Shown in pieces: positions 19,074 to 27,124 of a stretch of DNA of 37,764 nt (within the stretch, counting starts at the first letter, position 1; each line of letters opens with the position of its first letter). The translations under genes and the position numbers were made by a program. Below the pieces are notes generated by a model. The model had not been told where the DNA came from, made no database searches, and saw only the letters and a program-made list of their open reading frames with translations. The DNA comes from an uncultured Candidatus Saccharibacteria bacterium (lineage in GTDB: Bacteria; Patescibacteriota; Minisyncoccia; Minisyncoccales; PEYH01), in NCBI GenBank assembly GCA_964644805.1, contig CAZXXF010000001.1, forward strand, positions 1 through 37,764. Direction: 5' to 3'.

Positions 19074-21180
19074 ACCGGGCTAATTCTTTTTTAAGCAAAA
19101 TATGATTTTCTAAATCCCGGTCTTTTTCTAAAATTTCCCTTGCCGCCTCTCTGGTTTTTCCTATCAGTGAAATGTCAGCCAAAGAACGGGCCAAAAAACC
19201 GATCCTGCCCCATTGCCTTTTGCCCACAAAATCTCCCGGCCCCCTTGTTTTTAAGTCAGCTTCGGCCAATTTTAAGCCATCGTCGGTTTTGGTTACGGCC
19301 GCTAATCTTTGCCGGACGTTTTCTGAACGATTCTGACAGAATAAAAGAAAATAAGAGCGGTCTCCGCCCCGCCCTATTCTTCCTCTGAATTGGTGCAATT
19401 GCGCCAATCCGAATCTTTCCGCCCCCTCGACTATCATCACCGTAACGTCCGGTATGTCTATTCCAACCTCAATCACGGAAGTGGAAACCAAAACATTTAT
19501 TTTTTTGCTTTTAAAGTCTTTCATCGCTTTTTCTTTTTCTTTCGAACCCATTTTTCCGTGCAAAATCCCGACTTTCAAATTTTTAAATATTGTTTTGGAT
19601 AATTTCTGATATTCTTCTTTTACCGTTTTCAGATTTTGAATCTCTCCTTCGTCTTCATTGTCCTCTTCTTTTTCAATGCGGGGACAAATCACAAAAACCT
19701 GCTTTCCCCCAAGCATCTCTTTTCTGGCAAGTGCGTAGGCCTTATTTCTTTGGCTCGGAGAAACAATCATGGTACGAACATTTCTTTTCCCTTTTGGCAT
19801 CTCGTCTAAAATTGAAATATCTAAATCTCCGTAAAGCGTTAGGGCAAGAGTTCTTGGGATAGGGGTCGCGGTCATGGACAAAAAATGAGGCAGCGGTTTT
19901 TGGTTCCGGCTGTTGTCCTGATAAACGGCCGATCTTTGATCTATGCCAAAACGATGCTGTTCGTCCACAACCGCCAAAAAAAGATTTTTAAATTTGATTT
20001 TCTTTTGGATAAGACTGTGGGTGCCTATCAAAATATCTATTTCGCCCTTTTCGGTTTTTTCTATCAATTTTCTTTTGGAAATTTCTATGACTTGATTTTT
20101 TAATTTTTTGGAAAAAAACCTGTCCGTTTTTGAAGTAAGCAACCCTATGTTTATATTGGAATTTTTAAGAAAATTGTGTATCGTCTCAAAGTGTTGTTTT
20201 GCCAAAATTTCGGTGGGCGCCATAAAGGCGGCCTGACCCCCCGATTTTACAACATTGAGGGCGGCGATGGCAGCAACAATAGTTTTGCCCGATCCCACAT
20301 CTCCCTGTAATAAACGAAACATCGGCCTTGGTTTTTCCATGTCTTTTAATATTTGCCAAACTGCCTTTTTCTGGCATTTTGTAAGCTCAAATGGCAGCGA
20401 TTTTACAAAATCTTGGATTCTGGGAAGCTTGATAGGAAGAGAAAAAGATTTTGCCCTTATTCTTTTTATCCTTTGGCCCAAGACAAAAAGTTGCAAAAAG
20501 AACAATTCCTGGAAGGAAAATCTTTTCGCCGCTTCCTTCTGGGATGCAAAAGAGTCCGGAAAATGAACAATCCTTAAAGATTGATCCAAAGAAAGAAGAT
20601 TGTTTTTTTTCACTATTTCTGAAGGCAATATTTCAGGAATAAACCGGATTTTTTCAAAAATAATTTTGATGACAAAACGCAACCACCTTGAACTTACTCC
20701 GCGGGTCTCCGGATAAACCGGAACGATCCGCCCCGTATGAATAAGGCGATAAGAAAAGGGTTTCACTTTTAAATCTTCAATTCTTTCATAAACGGGATTG
20801 CTAAAATAAGATCCTTTTTTCGTAAGAACAAGCTTTCCGGCGAAACAAAAAAAACCGCCTTCTTTGAGCGTATTTTTAAGATATGGCTGGTTATACCAAA
20901 AAGCGACCACCGTTCCCGTTTCGTCGCTGATAGCCGCTTCGGTTAGGGCAAAACCTCTTTTGCGCGTAAAAATATTTTCTATTTTTATTATTTTACCGCA
21001 GATGCAAGAAGTTTCATTCAATTTCAAATCTTTTATTGATGAAATTCTTGAGAAATCGTCGTAGCGGGCGGGAAGATGATATAAAAAATCTTCTATCGTT
21101 TTAATTCCGAAGCGATTCATTATTTTTTCGCGCTGGGGGCCGATATACGGAATTTCGCGAATGGAAGAATAAAAATCCAT
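19048..21180 (-). CDS. recG: ATP-dependent DNA helicase RecG
   Basis: Wedge-type N-terminus, Walker A GDVGSGKT, DEQHRFG, and C-terminal QLHQFRGRIGRG. ATG at 21180 preferred over TTG 21186. The 3' end overlaps the GT2 gene convergently by 26 nt. Confidence 0.9.
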   Translation of the reverse strand: MDFYSSIREIPYIGPQREKIMNRFGIKTIEDFLYHLPARYDDFSRISSIKDLKLNETSCICGKIIKIENIFTRKRGFALTEAAISDETGTVVAFWYNQPYLKNTLKEGGFFCFAGKLVLTKKGSYFSNPVYERIEDLKVKPFSYRLIHTGRIVPVYPETRGVSSRWLRFVIKIIFEKIRFIPEILPSEIVKKNNLLSLDQSLRIVHFPDSFASQKEAAKRFSFQELFFLQLFVLGQRIKRIRAKSFSLPIKLPRIQDFVKSLPFELTKCQKKAVWQILKDMEKPRPMFRLLQGDVGSGKTIVAAIAALNVVKSGGQAAFMAPTEILAKQHFETIHNFLKNSNINIGLLTSKTDRFFSKKLKNQVIEISKRKLIEKTEKGEIDILIGTHSLIQKKIKFKNLFLAVVDEQHRFGIDQRSAVYQDNSRNQKPLPHFLSMTATPIPRTLALTLYGDLDISILDEMPKGKRNVRTMIVSPSQRNKAYALARKEMLGGKQVFVICPRIEKEEDNEDEGEIQNLKTVKEEYQKLSKTIFKNLKVGILHGKMGSKEKEKAMKDFKSKKINVLVSTSVIEVGIDIPDVTVMIVEGAERFGLAQLHQFRGRIGRGGDRSYFLLFCQNRSENVRQRLAAVTKTDDGLKLAEADLKTRGPGDFVGKRQWGRIGFLARSLADISLIGKTREAAREILEKDRDLENHILLKKELARFKEIALLE

Positions 21181-21189
21181 GATCAAAAG

Positions 21190-21261
21190 TGTCCCTGCGA
21201 GGAGTCGAACCTCGATTTTAGCCTCCGCAGGGCTACGCTCTGTCCATTGAGCTACAGGGAC
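21190..21261 (-). tRNA. tRNA-Arg (anticodon GCG)
   Basis: The reverse complement is GTCCCTG-TA-GCTC..GAGC-G-TAGCC-CTGCGGA-GGCTA-AAAT-CGAGG-TTCGACT-CCTCG-CAGGGAC-A. All stems are Watson-Crick, with G37. Confidence 0.85.
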
Positions 21262-21277
21262 AAATTATTGTTTTAAA

Positions 21278-21306
21278 ATTATATTATTTACATTTTAAAT
21301 AAGCAA
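21278..21306 (-). promoter_or_regulatory. Promoter of tRNA-Arg
   Basis: Minus strand: TTGCTT, 17 nt, TATAAT, ending 16 nt upstream of the tRNA 5' end. Confidence 0.45.
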
Positions 21307-21330
21307 TATTAGACTGAAAAAAGCTTTAAT

Positions 21331-22572
21331 ATGAAAATTCTTGCCATTGAAACATCTTGTGATGAAACAGCGATAGCGGTTGCCAAAACAAGCCCTGAAC
21401 GAAAAAAAGAAAACTGGGGCGATTTTAAAATTATTTCCGAATCAATCGCTTCTCAAATTGAAGTCCATAAAAAATGGGGCGGGGTGTATCCGAGTTTGGC
21501 AAAAAGAGAACATCAAAAAAATCTTGTTCCAGCGCTTGCCGATGCGCTTAAAAAAGCAAATCTGCTGGAAAAGAAAAAATCGGAAAACAATTTAAAGAAG
21601 GAGCGGATAATGGATGAAATTTTCCAGAAAGAATTTGAGCTTGGAAAAAGGACGAAAACCTTTCTTAAAAAATATAAAGAACCAAATATTGACTTGATAG
21701 CCGTTACGGTCGGCCCGGGGTTGGAACCTTGTCTTTGGGCAGGCATAAATTTTGCAAAAGCATTAAGTCTTTTTTGGGGCGTTCCTATAATCTCCATCAA
21801 TCATATTGAGGCGCATATTTTTGCCAATTGGCTTGCGCCAATAAGCTTAAAATCAAAAATCAAAAGTCAAAAGTCAAAATCCGAAAATATTTTTCCGGCC
21901 ATGTGTTTGGTTGTTTCGGGGGGCCATACCCAGCTTATCTTAATGAAAAAACTCGGCAAATACAAAATTATCGGCGAAACGCTTGATGACGCGGCAGGAG
22001 AAGCGTTTGATAAAATCGCAAGGGTTCTGGGCTTGTCTTATCCCGGGGGAGCAGCCATAGCAAAAGAAGCTCAAAAATGGCAATTGTCCCACATAAAGCC
22101 AAAGCACGGAATAAAGCTCCCGCGGCCGATGATAAATAGCAAGAATTTCGATTTTAGTTTCTCCGGACTTAAAACGGCTGTTCTATATGATCATAAAAGC
22201 AGGGGTAAAAGAGCTGGAAGATCGAGAGATTACATCCGAGAAATGGCTTATTGCGCCCAAGCGGCGATTGTTGATGTTTTGACGGCAAAAACAATAAAAG
22301 CGGCCCGATTTTTTGACTGCAAATCAATCATTTTGGGGGGGGGCGTAGCGGCAAACAGCGAATTAAAAAAAGAATTTGTCAGAAAAATTAATAATGATGG
22401 CGCTTTAAAAAATACGAAATTCATCGCCCCTGAAAAAGAGTTTTCTACAGATAACGCGAAAATGATAGCCGCTTGCGCCTGTTTTTATCTCAAAAACAAT
22501 GTTAAAATTAAAAAAGGCCTCTTTAAGCATTGGAAAAAAAGTGAAGCTCTCGCAAACCTTAGGATAGAATAA
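21331..22572 (+). CDS. tsaD: tRNA N6-adenosine threonylcarbamoyltransferase
   Basis: ILAIETSCDETAIAV, metal site HIEAH, VSGGHTQL, DDAAGEAFDK, GGGVAANS. At 413 aa it is longer than typical TsaD because of two inserts. Confidence 0.9.
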   Translation: MKILAIETSCDETAIAVAKTSPERKKENWGDFKIISESIASQIEVHKKWGGVYPSLAKREHQKNLVPALADALKKANLLEKKKSENNLKKERIMDEIFQKEFELGKRTKTFLKKYKEPNIDLIAVTVGPGLEPCLWAGINFAKALSLFWGVPIISINHIEAHIFANWLAPISLKSKIKSQKSKSENIFPAMCLVVSGGHTQLILMKKLGKYKIIGETLDDAAGEAFDKIARVLGLSYPGGAAIAKEAQKWQLSHIKPKHGIKLPRPMINSKNFDFSFSGLKTAVLYDHKSRGKRAGRSRDYIREMAYCAQAAIVDVLTAKTIKAARFFDCKSIILGGGVAANSELKKEFVRKINNDGALKNTKFIAPEKEFSTDNAKMIAACACFYLKNNVKIKKGLFKHWKKSEALANLRIE

Positions 22573-23288
22573 TGCCATCTGTTTTTTCTATAATGCTCTT
22601 CGTTTTTTTTGGCATGATGCCCAGTATTCTCTGGCTCTTTTTTTATTTGAAAAGAGACGTCTATCCGGAGCCAAAAGAAATGATAATGAAAGTTTTCGCC
22701 CTTGGAATGATTGTCACTTTTTTTGTCGTTTTTTTGGAAATCGCGGTCTTTAATTATTTTCAGGGACTCAATCTTTCTTATTTTGCCCTGATAATGCTTC
22801 AATTTTTCATAAGCGTTGCCTTTATAGAAGAATTCGCGAAATATGTGGTAGTAAGATTGGGTGTTTCAAGAAATTCCGAATTTGACGAGCCCATAGACGC
22901 AATGATATATATGGTTGTCGCGGGACTTGGATTTGCGGCAGTTGAAAACATTCTTGTTCTTTTTCCTCTAACCGCACCCGGCATTTTTGAAGCGACTTTA
23001 AAAATATCTTTTTTGCGGGCGATCAGCGCGACCGTTCTCCATGCCCTCGCTTCGGCAAATATCGGATATTTCTGGGCGTATTCTTTGTACCACCGGAAAT
23101 ATCGTTTTTTTATCGTAACTTTTGGAATTGTTTTTTCTTCTTTCTTGCACGGAATATATAATCTTGGTATAAATATGGATGGAGATTACAAAATCGCAAT
23201 AACATTTTTGGTTCTATCGCTTTTCTTTTTAATGGCGATGGTTCAGTTCCAAAATGTCAGAAAATTAAAAAGCGTCTGCAAAATATGA
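22572..23288 (+). CDS. prsW: PrsW-family intramembrane metalloprotease
   Basis: Polytopic protein with EEFAKY, HALASANIGY and LHGIYN motifs. TAATG overlap with tsaD. Confidence 0.8.
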   Translation: MPSVFSIMLFVFFGMMPSILWLFFYLKRDVYPEPKEMIMKVFALGMIVTFFVVFLEIAVFNYFQGLNLSYFALIMLQFFISVAFIEEFAKYVVVRLGVSRNSEFDEPIDAMIYMVVAGLGFAAVENILVLFPLTAPGIFEATLKISFLRAISATVLHALASANIGYFWAYSLYHRKYRFFIVTFGIVFSSFLHGIYNLGINMDGDYKIAITFLVLSLFFLMAMVQFQNVRKLKSVCKI

Positions 23289-23683
23289 TGTTTAAATTAT
23301 TCCAAAAAAAACAGAAAAAAAGCGAGGAAAAAAGGGACTGGTTTAATCAGGAAAAAATCGGCGAAATGATAATCGACGCCTATGAAACCGATGAGGAAAT
23401 TGTAATTTATTCGGCAGTGGGCGGAATCACACCCAAAGACATAGAGCTTTCGCTGGAAGACCAGATGCTTACTATAAAGGGCGCGAGGAAAAAACCAGAA
23501 AATGATGACAAAAAAAAGAAATACTTCTGCCAAGAGTGTTTTTGGGGAGGGTTTGTAAAGAAATTAATCCTGCCCCAAGAAATAGACATTTCCAGGGCCA
23601 AAGCGACGGTAAAAAACGGCATATTTCATCTCCGAATACCAAAAAAAACGGAAGCTGAAGAAATAAAAATAGAAATTAAATAA
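23285..23683 (+). CDS. Small heat-shock protein (Hsp20/alpha-crystallin)
   Basis: 132 aa with an alpha-crystallin core (...LEDQMLTIKGARKK...VKNGIFHLRIPKK). ATGA overlap with prsW. Confidence 0.85.
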   Translation: MMFKLFQKKQKKSEEKRDWFNQEKIGEMIIDAYETDEEIVIYSAVGGITPKDIELSLEDQMLTIKGARKKPENDDKKKKYFCQECFWGGFVKKLILPQEIDISRAKATVKNGIFHLRIPKKTEAEEIKIEIK

Positions 23684-23767
23684 ATAGAAATTAAATAATT
23701 TGTTGCCCCGCTCATAAAGGCAGGGCTTTGAATTATCTTTTTTTATTAAATAAAAAAACTTTTATAA

Positions 23768-23851
23768 TGCTGGGGGGGAGATTCGAACTCCCACAAGAAT
23801 AATCTCAATGGCTCCTAAGGCCATTGCGTCTGCCGATTCCGCCACCCCAGC
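23768..23851 (-). tRNA. tRNA-Leu (anticodon UAG)
   Basis: In the reverse complement: acceptor GCTGGGG/CCCCAGC, anticodon arm ATGGC-CTTAGGA-GCCAT, long variable arm, T arm GGGAG-TTCGAAT-CTCCC. Confidence 0.85.
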
Positions 23852-23895
23852 TCATTGGCTGATCGCTAAAATCAGCATAATATAAAAACCAGAAT

Positions 23896-23923
23896 AAAAA
23901 CAACCCCAAGAAGGGTTGTTTTT
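23896..23923 (-). terminator. Intrinsic (bidirectional-looking) terminator after the last pilin-module gene
   Basis: AAAAA-CAACCC-caagaa-GGGTTG-TTTTT: a 6-bp GC-containing stem flanked by A5 and T5, 20 nt downstream of the stop at 23943. Confidence 0.6.
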
Positions 23924-23942
23924 ATTCGCTCCATGAAAAAAT

Positions 23943-24299
23943 TTATTGCAAGTCTTTCGGTAGTTCTACTGGTTTTGCAATAATCATTGACACTAGGGCT
24001 ATTATTCCCCTTGCAACCATCGCTACTGCAAAACCAACAAGGGCGTAAATTAACATCTGCCTTGCTTTGGCAACTTGATCAGGATTTCCTCCGCCGGTGA
24101 CAAAGAGGTATCCGGCCACGACAACCATAATCACAACAACAACCATTAAAAAGGTGAATATCCAATTCGTTATTCTTGATATGACCTGAAGTACTTCTTG
24201 GGCAGTCATCTTAGGAATTTTCTCCGGCTCCGTGGCGAACGCTACGCTCCATATTGTCAATCCGAGGAGCATTACTAATCCCAATAATTTTGAATTCAT
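23943..24299 (-). CDS. Small secreted VirB2/TrbC-like pilin-module protein (paralogue 5)
   Basis: Signal peptide MNSKLLGLVMLLGLTIWSVAFA, then two hydrophobic helices joined by GGGNPDQVAKARQ. ATG 24299 is preferred over TTG 24347 because the predicted promoter would start transcription near 24349. Confidence 0.7.
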   Translation of the reverse strand: MNSKLLGLVMLLGLTIWSVAFATEPEKIPKMTAQEVLQVISRITNWIFTFLMVVVVIMVVVAGYLFVTGGGNPDQVAKARQMLIYALVGFAVAMVARGIIALVSMIIAKPVELPKDLQ

Positions 24300-24355
24300 T
24301 GTTTTATTAAAATTTTGGGGAGATTGCTTTTTCCGACCTTTTATCAATTAATATC

Positions 24356-24385
24356 ATTATATCAGGTTTTAAAAACCAAAGTCAA
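24356..24385 (-). promoter_or_regulatory. Near-consensus promoter of paralogue 5
   Basis: Minus strand: TTGACT (24385-24380), 18-nt spacer, TATAAT (24361-24356). Confidence 0.55.
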
Positions 24386-24392
24386 GAAAATG

Positions 24393-25169
24393 TTATTTTT
24401 TATCAACGCCGATCACGAGCTGAACAAGATCTATAATTCCCCTTGACATTGCCATAAGCGCAAAACCTATTAATGCGTAAAAAAGAGCATTTTTCCCCTG
24501 TTGAATTTTTGATGGATCGCCGGCCGCGATTAAGATATTGATTCCGGCAACCAGCATCACCAGAATCAAAATGCCGGTTGCAATCCAATAAACCGATCCG
24601 CTTGCTTTATCGATGAATTCCTCAATTCTTGTCGCCCTTATCGGATTTATCTTATTCTTGTCAATTGGATCTGGCGTTTCTGGCTTTTTTATAACTTTCA
24701 CATTGCCAATAACAGTTTCGGAAATAGTGTTTTGCGCCCCTCCGCCCTCAAAACTGGTACCAGTAACGGTTATTTTATAATTTCCTTCATTGAAAAACTC
24801 CCACCCGAAATTATAATCGCAAGAAACCGAGTTAGATCCTATACATCGATTGTCAACCACAGAGCCCCTAATTTCAAGGCAGCAGGTAGAATGAGCGGGA
24901 GAATACGCTCCGCCAGTTCCTCCATAGTCTATTTTTATCGCTGTGCATTTCTTTGCCGAAGAACAGCTCCCTCCGCCCGATAAAGGAAGCAAGAATCCAT
25001 CCCCTCTTATGGTCACAAACACAGAAATGTCTTCGCCCTTAAAAACAACTTGAGGTTCTATTTTAGCGCTATCTACCTTCCAGACTACAACCGCTGCAGC
25101 ATTTACCAAAAGGGGCATAAAAATATTTAAGAAAACCAACAATAAAAGAATATAATAATATTTTTTCAT
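24393..25169 (-). CDS. Secreted protein with beta-rich (PKD-like) ectodomain plus C-terminal pilin module (paralogue 4)
   Basis: Signal peptide ...PLLVNA, an ectodomain of about 150 aa (IDYGGTGG, WEFFNEGNYKITVTG), then WIATGILILVMLVAGINILIAAGDPSKIQQGKNALFYALIGFALMAMSRGIIDLV. Confidence 0.7.
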   Translation of the reverse strand: MKKYYYILLLLVFLNIFMPLLVNAAAVVVWKVDSAKIEPQVVFKGEDISVFVTIRGDGFLLPLSGGGSCSSAKKCTAIKIDYGGTGGAYSPAHSTCCLEIRGSVVDNRCIGSNSVSCDYNFGWEFFNEGNYKITVTGTSFEGGGAQNTISETVIGNVKVIKKPETPDPIDKNKINPIRATRIEEFIDKASGSVYWIATGILILVMLVAGINILIAAGDPSKIQQGKNALFYALIGFALMAMSRGIIDLVQLVIGVDKK

Positions 25170-25180
25170 AATTTTTGAAA

Positions 25181-25501
25181 TTAACCTTTTAATATCAGTT
25201 TTATCAGGGCGATAATTCCGTTTGCAGACATTATTATCGCGAATCCTGCGATTGTGTATAAAATAATCCTTTTTCCGGTCGCGATTTTTGAAGGATTTCC
25301 GGCCGCGGTTATTATTAGAAAAGCCCCTATCAGAATCATTGCCGGCGCTACGGCAAGGGCGATAGTAAAAAGCCAGCTTCCGACTTTTTGAATCATCTCT
25401 TCCCAGTCATTGGTTGTTGTTGGATTTATTATTTTTACTCCTCCGGCATAACAGAAAAAAGGCGACAACAGCGATGACAATAAAACAGCGATGTTTTTCA
25501 T
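25181..25501 (-). CDS. Small secreted VirB2/TrbC-like pilin-module protein (paralogue 3)
   Basis: 106 aa. Signal peptide, then WLFTIALAVAPAMILIGAFLIITAAGNPSKIATGKRIILYTIAGFAIIMSANGIIALIKLIL. Confidence 0.7.
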   Translation of the reverse strand: MKNIAVLLSSLLSPFFCYAGGVKIINPTTTNDWEEMIQKVGSWLFTIALAVAPAMILIGAFLIITAAGNPSKIATGKRIILYTIAGFAIIMSANGIIALIKLILKG

Positions 25502-25507
25502 AATATT

Positions 25508-26221
25508 TTAATGGAAGGTGATGTCTTTGGCGCTGAAACTTGTCACAAGTTTTATTATCAGCATTATGGCAAAAAAACCGATTGCCAATAGAATAATTTT
25601 TTTTCCTTTTTCTATATTTTGAAGCGATCCGCTGTTAAGCATTAAAAATCCGCCGGATATGATTCCCAAAACCAAAAGAATGATGGATAAATAAAGCAAA
25701 AATCCGGCAATATTGTCAAAAAGATCCCCGAATTTTTGATAGAAGAGAGGGTTGAGCTTGCTTTTATTGATAGAGCTCCCCCCACCCCCGCCCCCGCCGC
25801 CATTTCCTTTTTCGTCTTCTTTTTCTTTTACTTGTATAGAGCATTGGGCAACGTCATAACACGCGCCTTGACGCTTAAGTCCAACACAGCGGTATATTTT
25901 GGCATTATGTTGACCGGGAGAAGAATAGTTATGCTTAAACGTTCCACTGCCCACATCATTAGCCATAAGAATCCATTCAGAACCATCTCCCGGATCGAAA
26001 TAAAAATAAACAGTGGGAATTTTTACACTACCCGTCCTAGATATATTATAAGAAAAAGTGACATCCTTGCCTTGAACTGCCTGTCCGGTAGCGCCTGCAA
26101 AACCACTATAATTAGTATTTAGATACTCTATATCAAAGGCGCATTGGGCGTTAATAATCGTGGGCAAAAACAAAATCAAGAAAAGAAGTATTATTAAATT
26201 TATTGTTTTTGTAATTTTCAT
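25508..26221 (-). CDS. Secreted PKD-like ectodomain, Gly-rich linker and C-terminal pilin module (paralogue 2)
   Basis: Signal peptide ...TIINA, FDPGDGSEW and FKHNYSSPGQHNAKIY (PKD-like), a GNGGGGGGGGS linker, then a degenerate two-helix module. Confidence 0.65.
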   Translation of the reverse strand: MKITKTINLIILLFLILFLPTIINAQCAFDIEYLNTNYSGFAGATGQAVQGKDVTFSYNISRTGSVKIPTVYFYFDPGDGSEWILMANDVGSGTFKHNYSSPGQHNAKIYRCVGLKRQGACYDVAQCSIQVKEKEDEKGNGGGGGGGGSSINKSKLNPLFYQKFGDLFDNIAGFLLYLSIILLVLGIISGGFLMLNSGSLQNIEKGKKIILLAIGFFAIMLIIKLVTSFSAKDITFH

Positions 26222-27120
26222 TATTGCTGCACCCCTAAAATTAATTTCAAAAGCTCAAAAATTCCTCGAGACATCAATGCCATTGAAAATCCTATCAGCG
26301 CCCAGATAATTATTCTTTTCGCTTTTTCTCTTTTCAAAGGATTTCCTCCGCCCGCAACCATAACAAAAGCTCCGATTAAAATCATCAAAACAGAAAGTCC
26401 GAGACAAATATTGAATATAAAGTTTGTGAAATAGAGAATAAATTGAATTATTGAATCCCAAATTAAGGGATCATCGTATCCCGTCGAAAGAGGTGGGGGG
26501 GGCGGAGGAGAAGGAGAAATACACCCAGAAGTGTCAAACCTGCACTGATTTTTATGATCCGGTGGATAGCAAGAAAGCGATCCACTCTCGTATTTTTTCC
26601 CGCTCGAATCATTAAAATCCTGACAGCTTTTGCCGGCTAATTCCGATCCGTCGCAATCTTCTCCGGCGTCAATGGCGCCATTTCCGCAAGATACCACTGG
26701 TGAATCCCTAGAATGAACCATAATCTTGGACGTTTGTATTCCATAAGGATTTCCACAGCCAAGCGCATCGCCAATGCCAAACCTTACAATATATTCTCCC
26801 GGGCTACCATAGCTTGCGCTATAAGTCTGTGTAGGACAATCATATCTGTTTGTGGTGTTGTTATAATCGCAATTGACCTTACTATGCCTTGTCCAGGAAT
26901 TATTGCCCCAATCAAAACAAAAAAATTGGCTGGGCCCCGCGCCAAATCCGGCCGCTGTAACGAAAATGATTACGCTATCCCCAACAAAAGGATCTGGCGG
27001 ATTAAAATCAAACAAAACGCTTATAGCCTCAATTTTTAATGCGAAAGACAGTGCTAAAAAGATAAAAATGCTGAAAATCAAAAACCGTTTTTTAAATTTA
27101 AAGCTATATTCTTTTATCAT
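26221..27120 (-). CDS. Secreted PKD-like and Cys-rich ectodomain, poly-Pro linker and C-terminal pilin module (paralogue 1)
   Basis: Signal peptide ...ALKIEA, FDWGNNSW...YGSPGEYIVRFGI, Cys-rich CGNGAIDAGEDCDG...C...C...C, PSPPPPPPP, then LMILIGAFVMVAGGGNPLKREKAKRIIIWALIGFSMALMSRGIFELL. Confidence 0.7.
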   Translation of the reverse strand: MIKEYSFKFKKRFLIFSIFIFLALSFALKIEAISVLFDFNPPDPFVGDSVIIFVTAAGFGAGPSQFFCFDWGNNSWTRHSKVNCDYNNTTNRYDCPTQTYSASYGSPGEYIVRFGIGDALGCGNPYGIQTSKIMVHSRDSPVVSCGNGAIDAGEDCDGSELAGKSCQDFNDSSGKKYESGSLSCYPPDHKNQCRFDTSGCISPSPPPPPPLSTGYDDPLIWDSIIQFILYFTNFIFNICLGLSVLMILIGAFVMVAGGGNPLKREKAKRIIIWALIGFSMALMSRGIFELLKLILGVQQ

Positions 27121-27124
27121 AATT

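Noticed and set aside
21849-21885. A-rich tandem repeat inside tsaD as a frameshift, pseudogene or insertion scar
   Set aside because: The reading frame stays open and all downstream TsaD motifs are intact. It simply encodes a K/S-rich loop.
25778-26502. C6/C5 and G8 homopolymer tracts encoding the poly-Gly and poly-Pro linkers of pilin-module paralogues 2 and 1, considered as slipped-strand phase-variation switches
   Set aside because: Equally long tracts occur in essential genes here: G8 at 29652-29659 in gyrA, and G9 at 22335-22343 in tsaD encoding the conserved GGG motif. Tract length alone is therefore not evidence for phase variation. Only read-level length heterogeneity could revive the idea.
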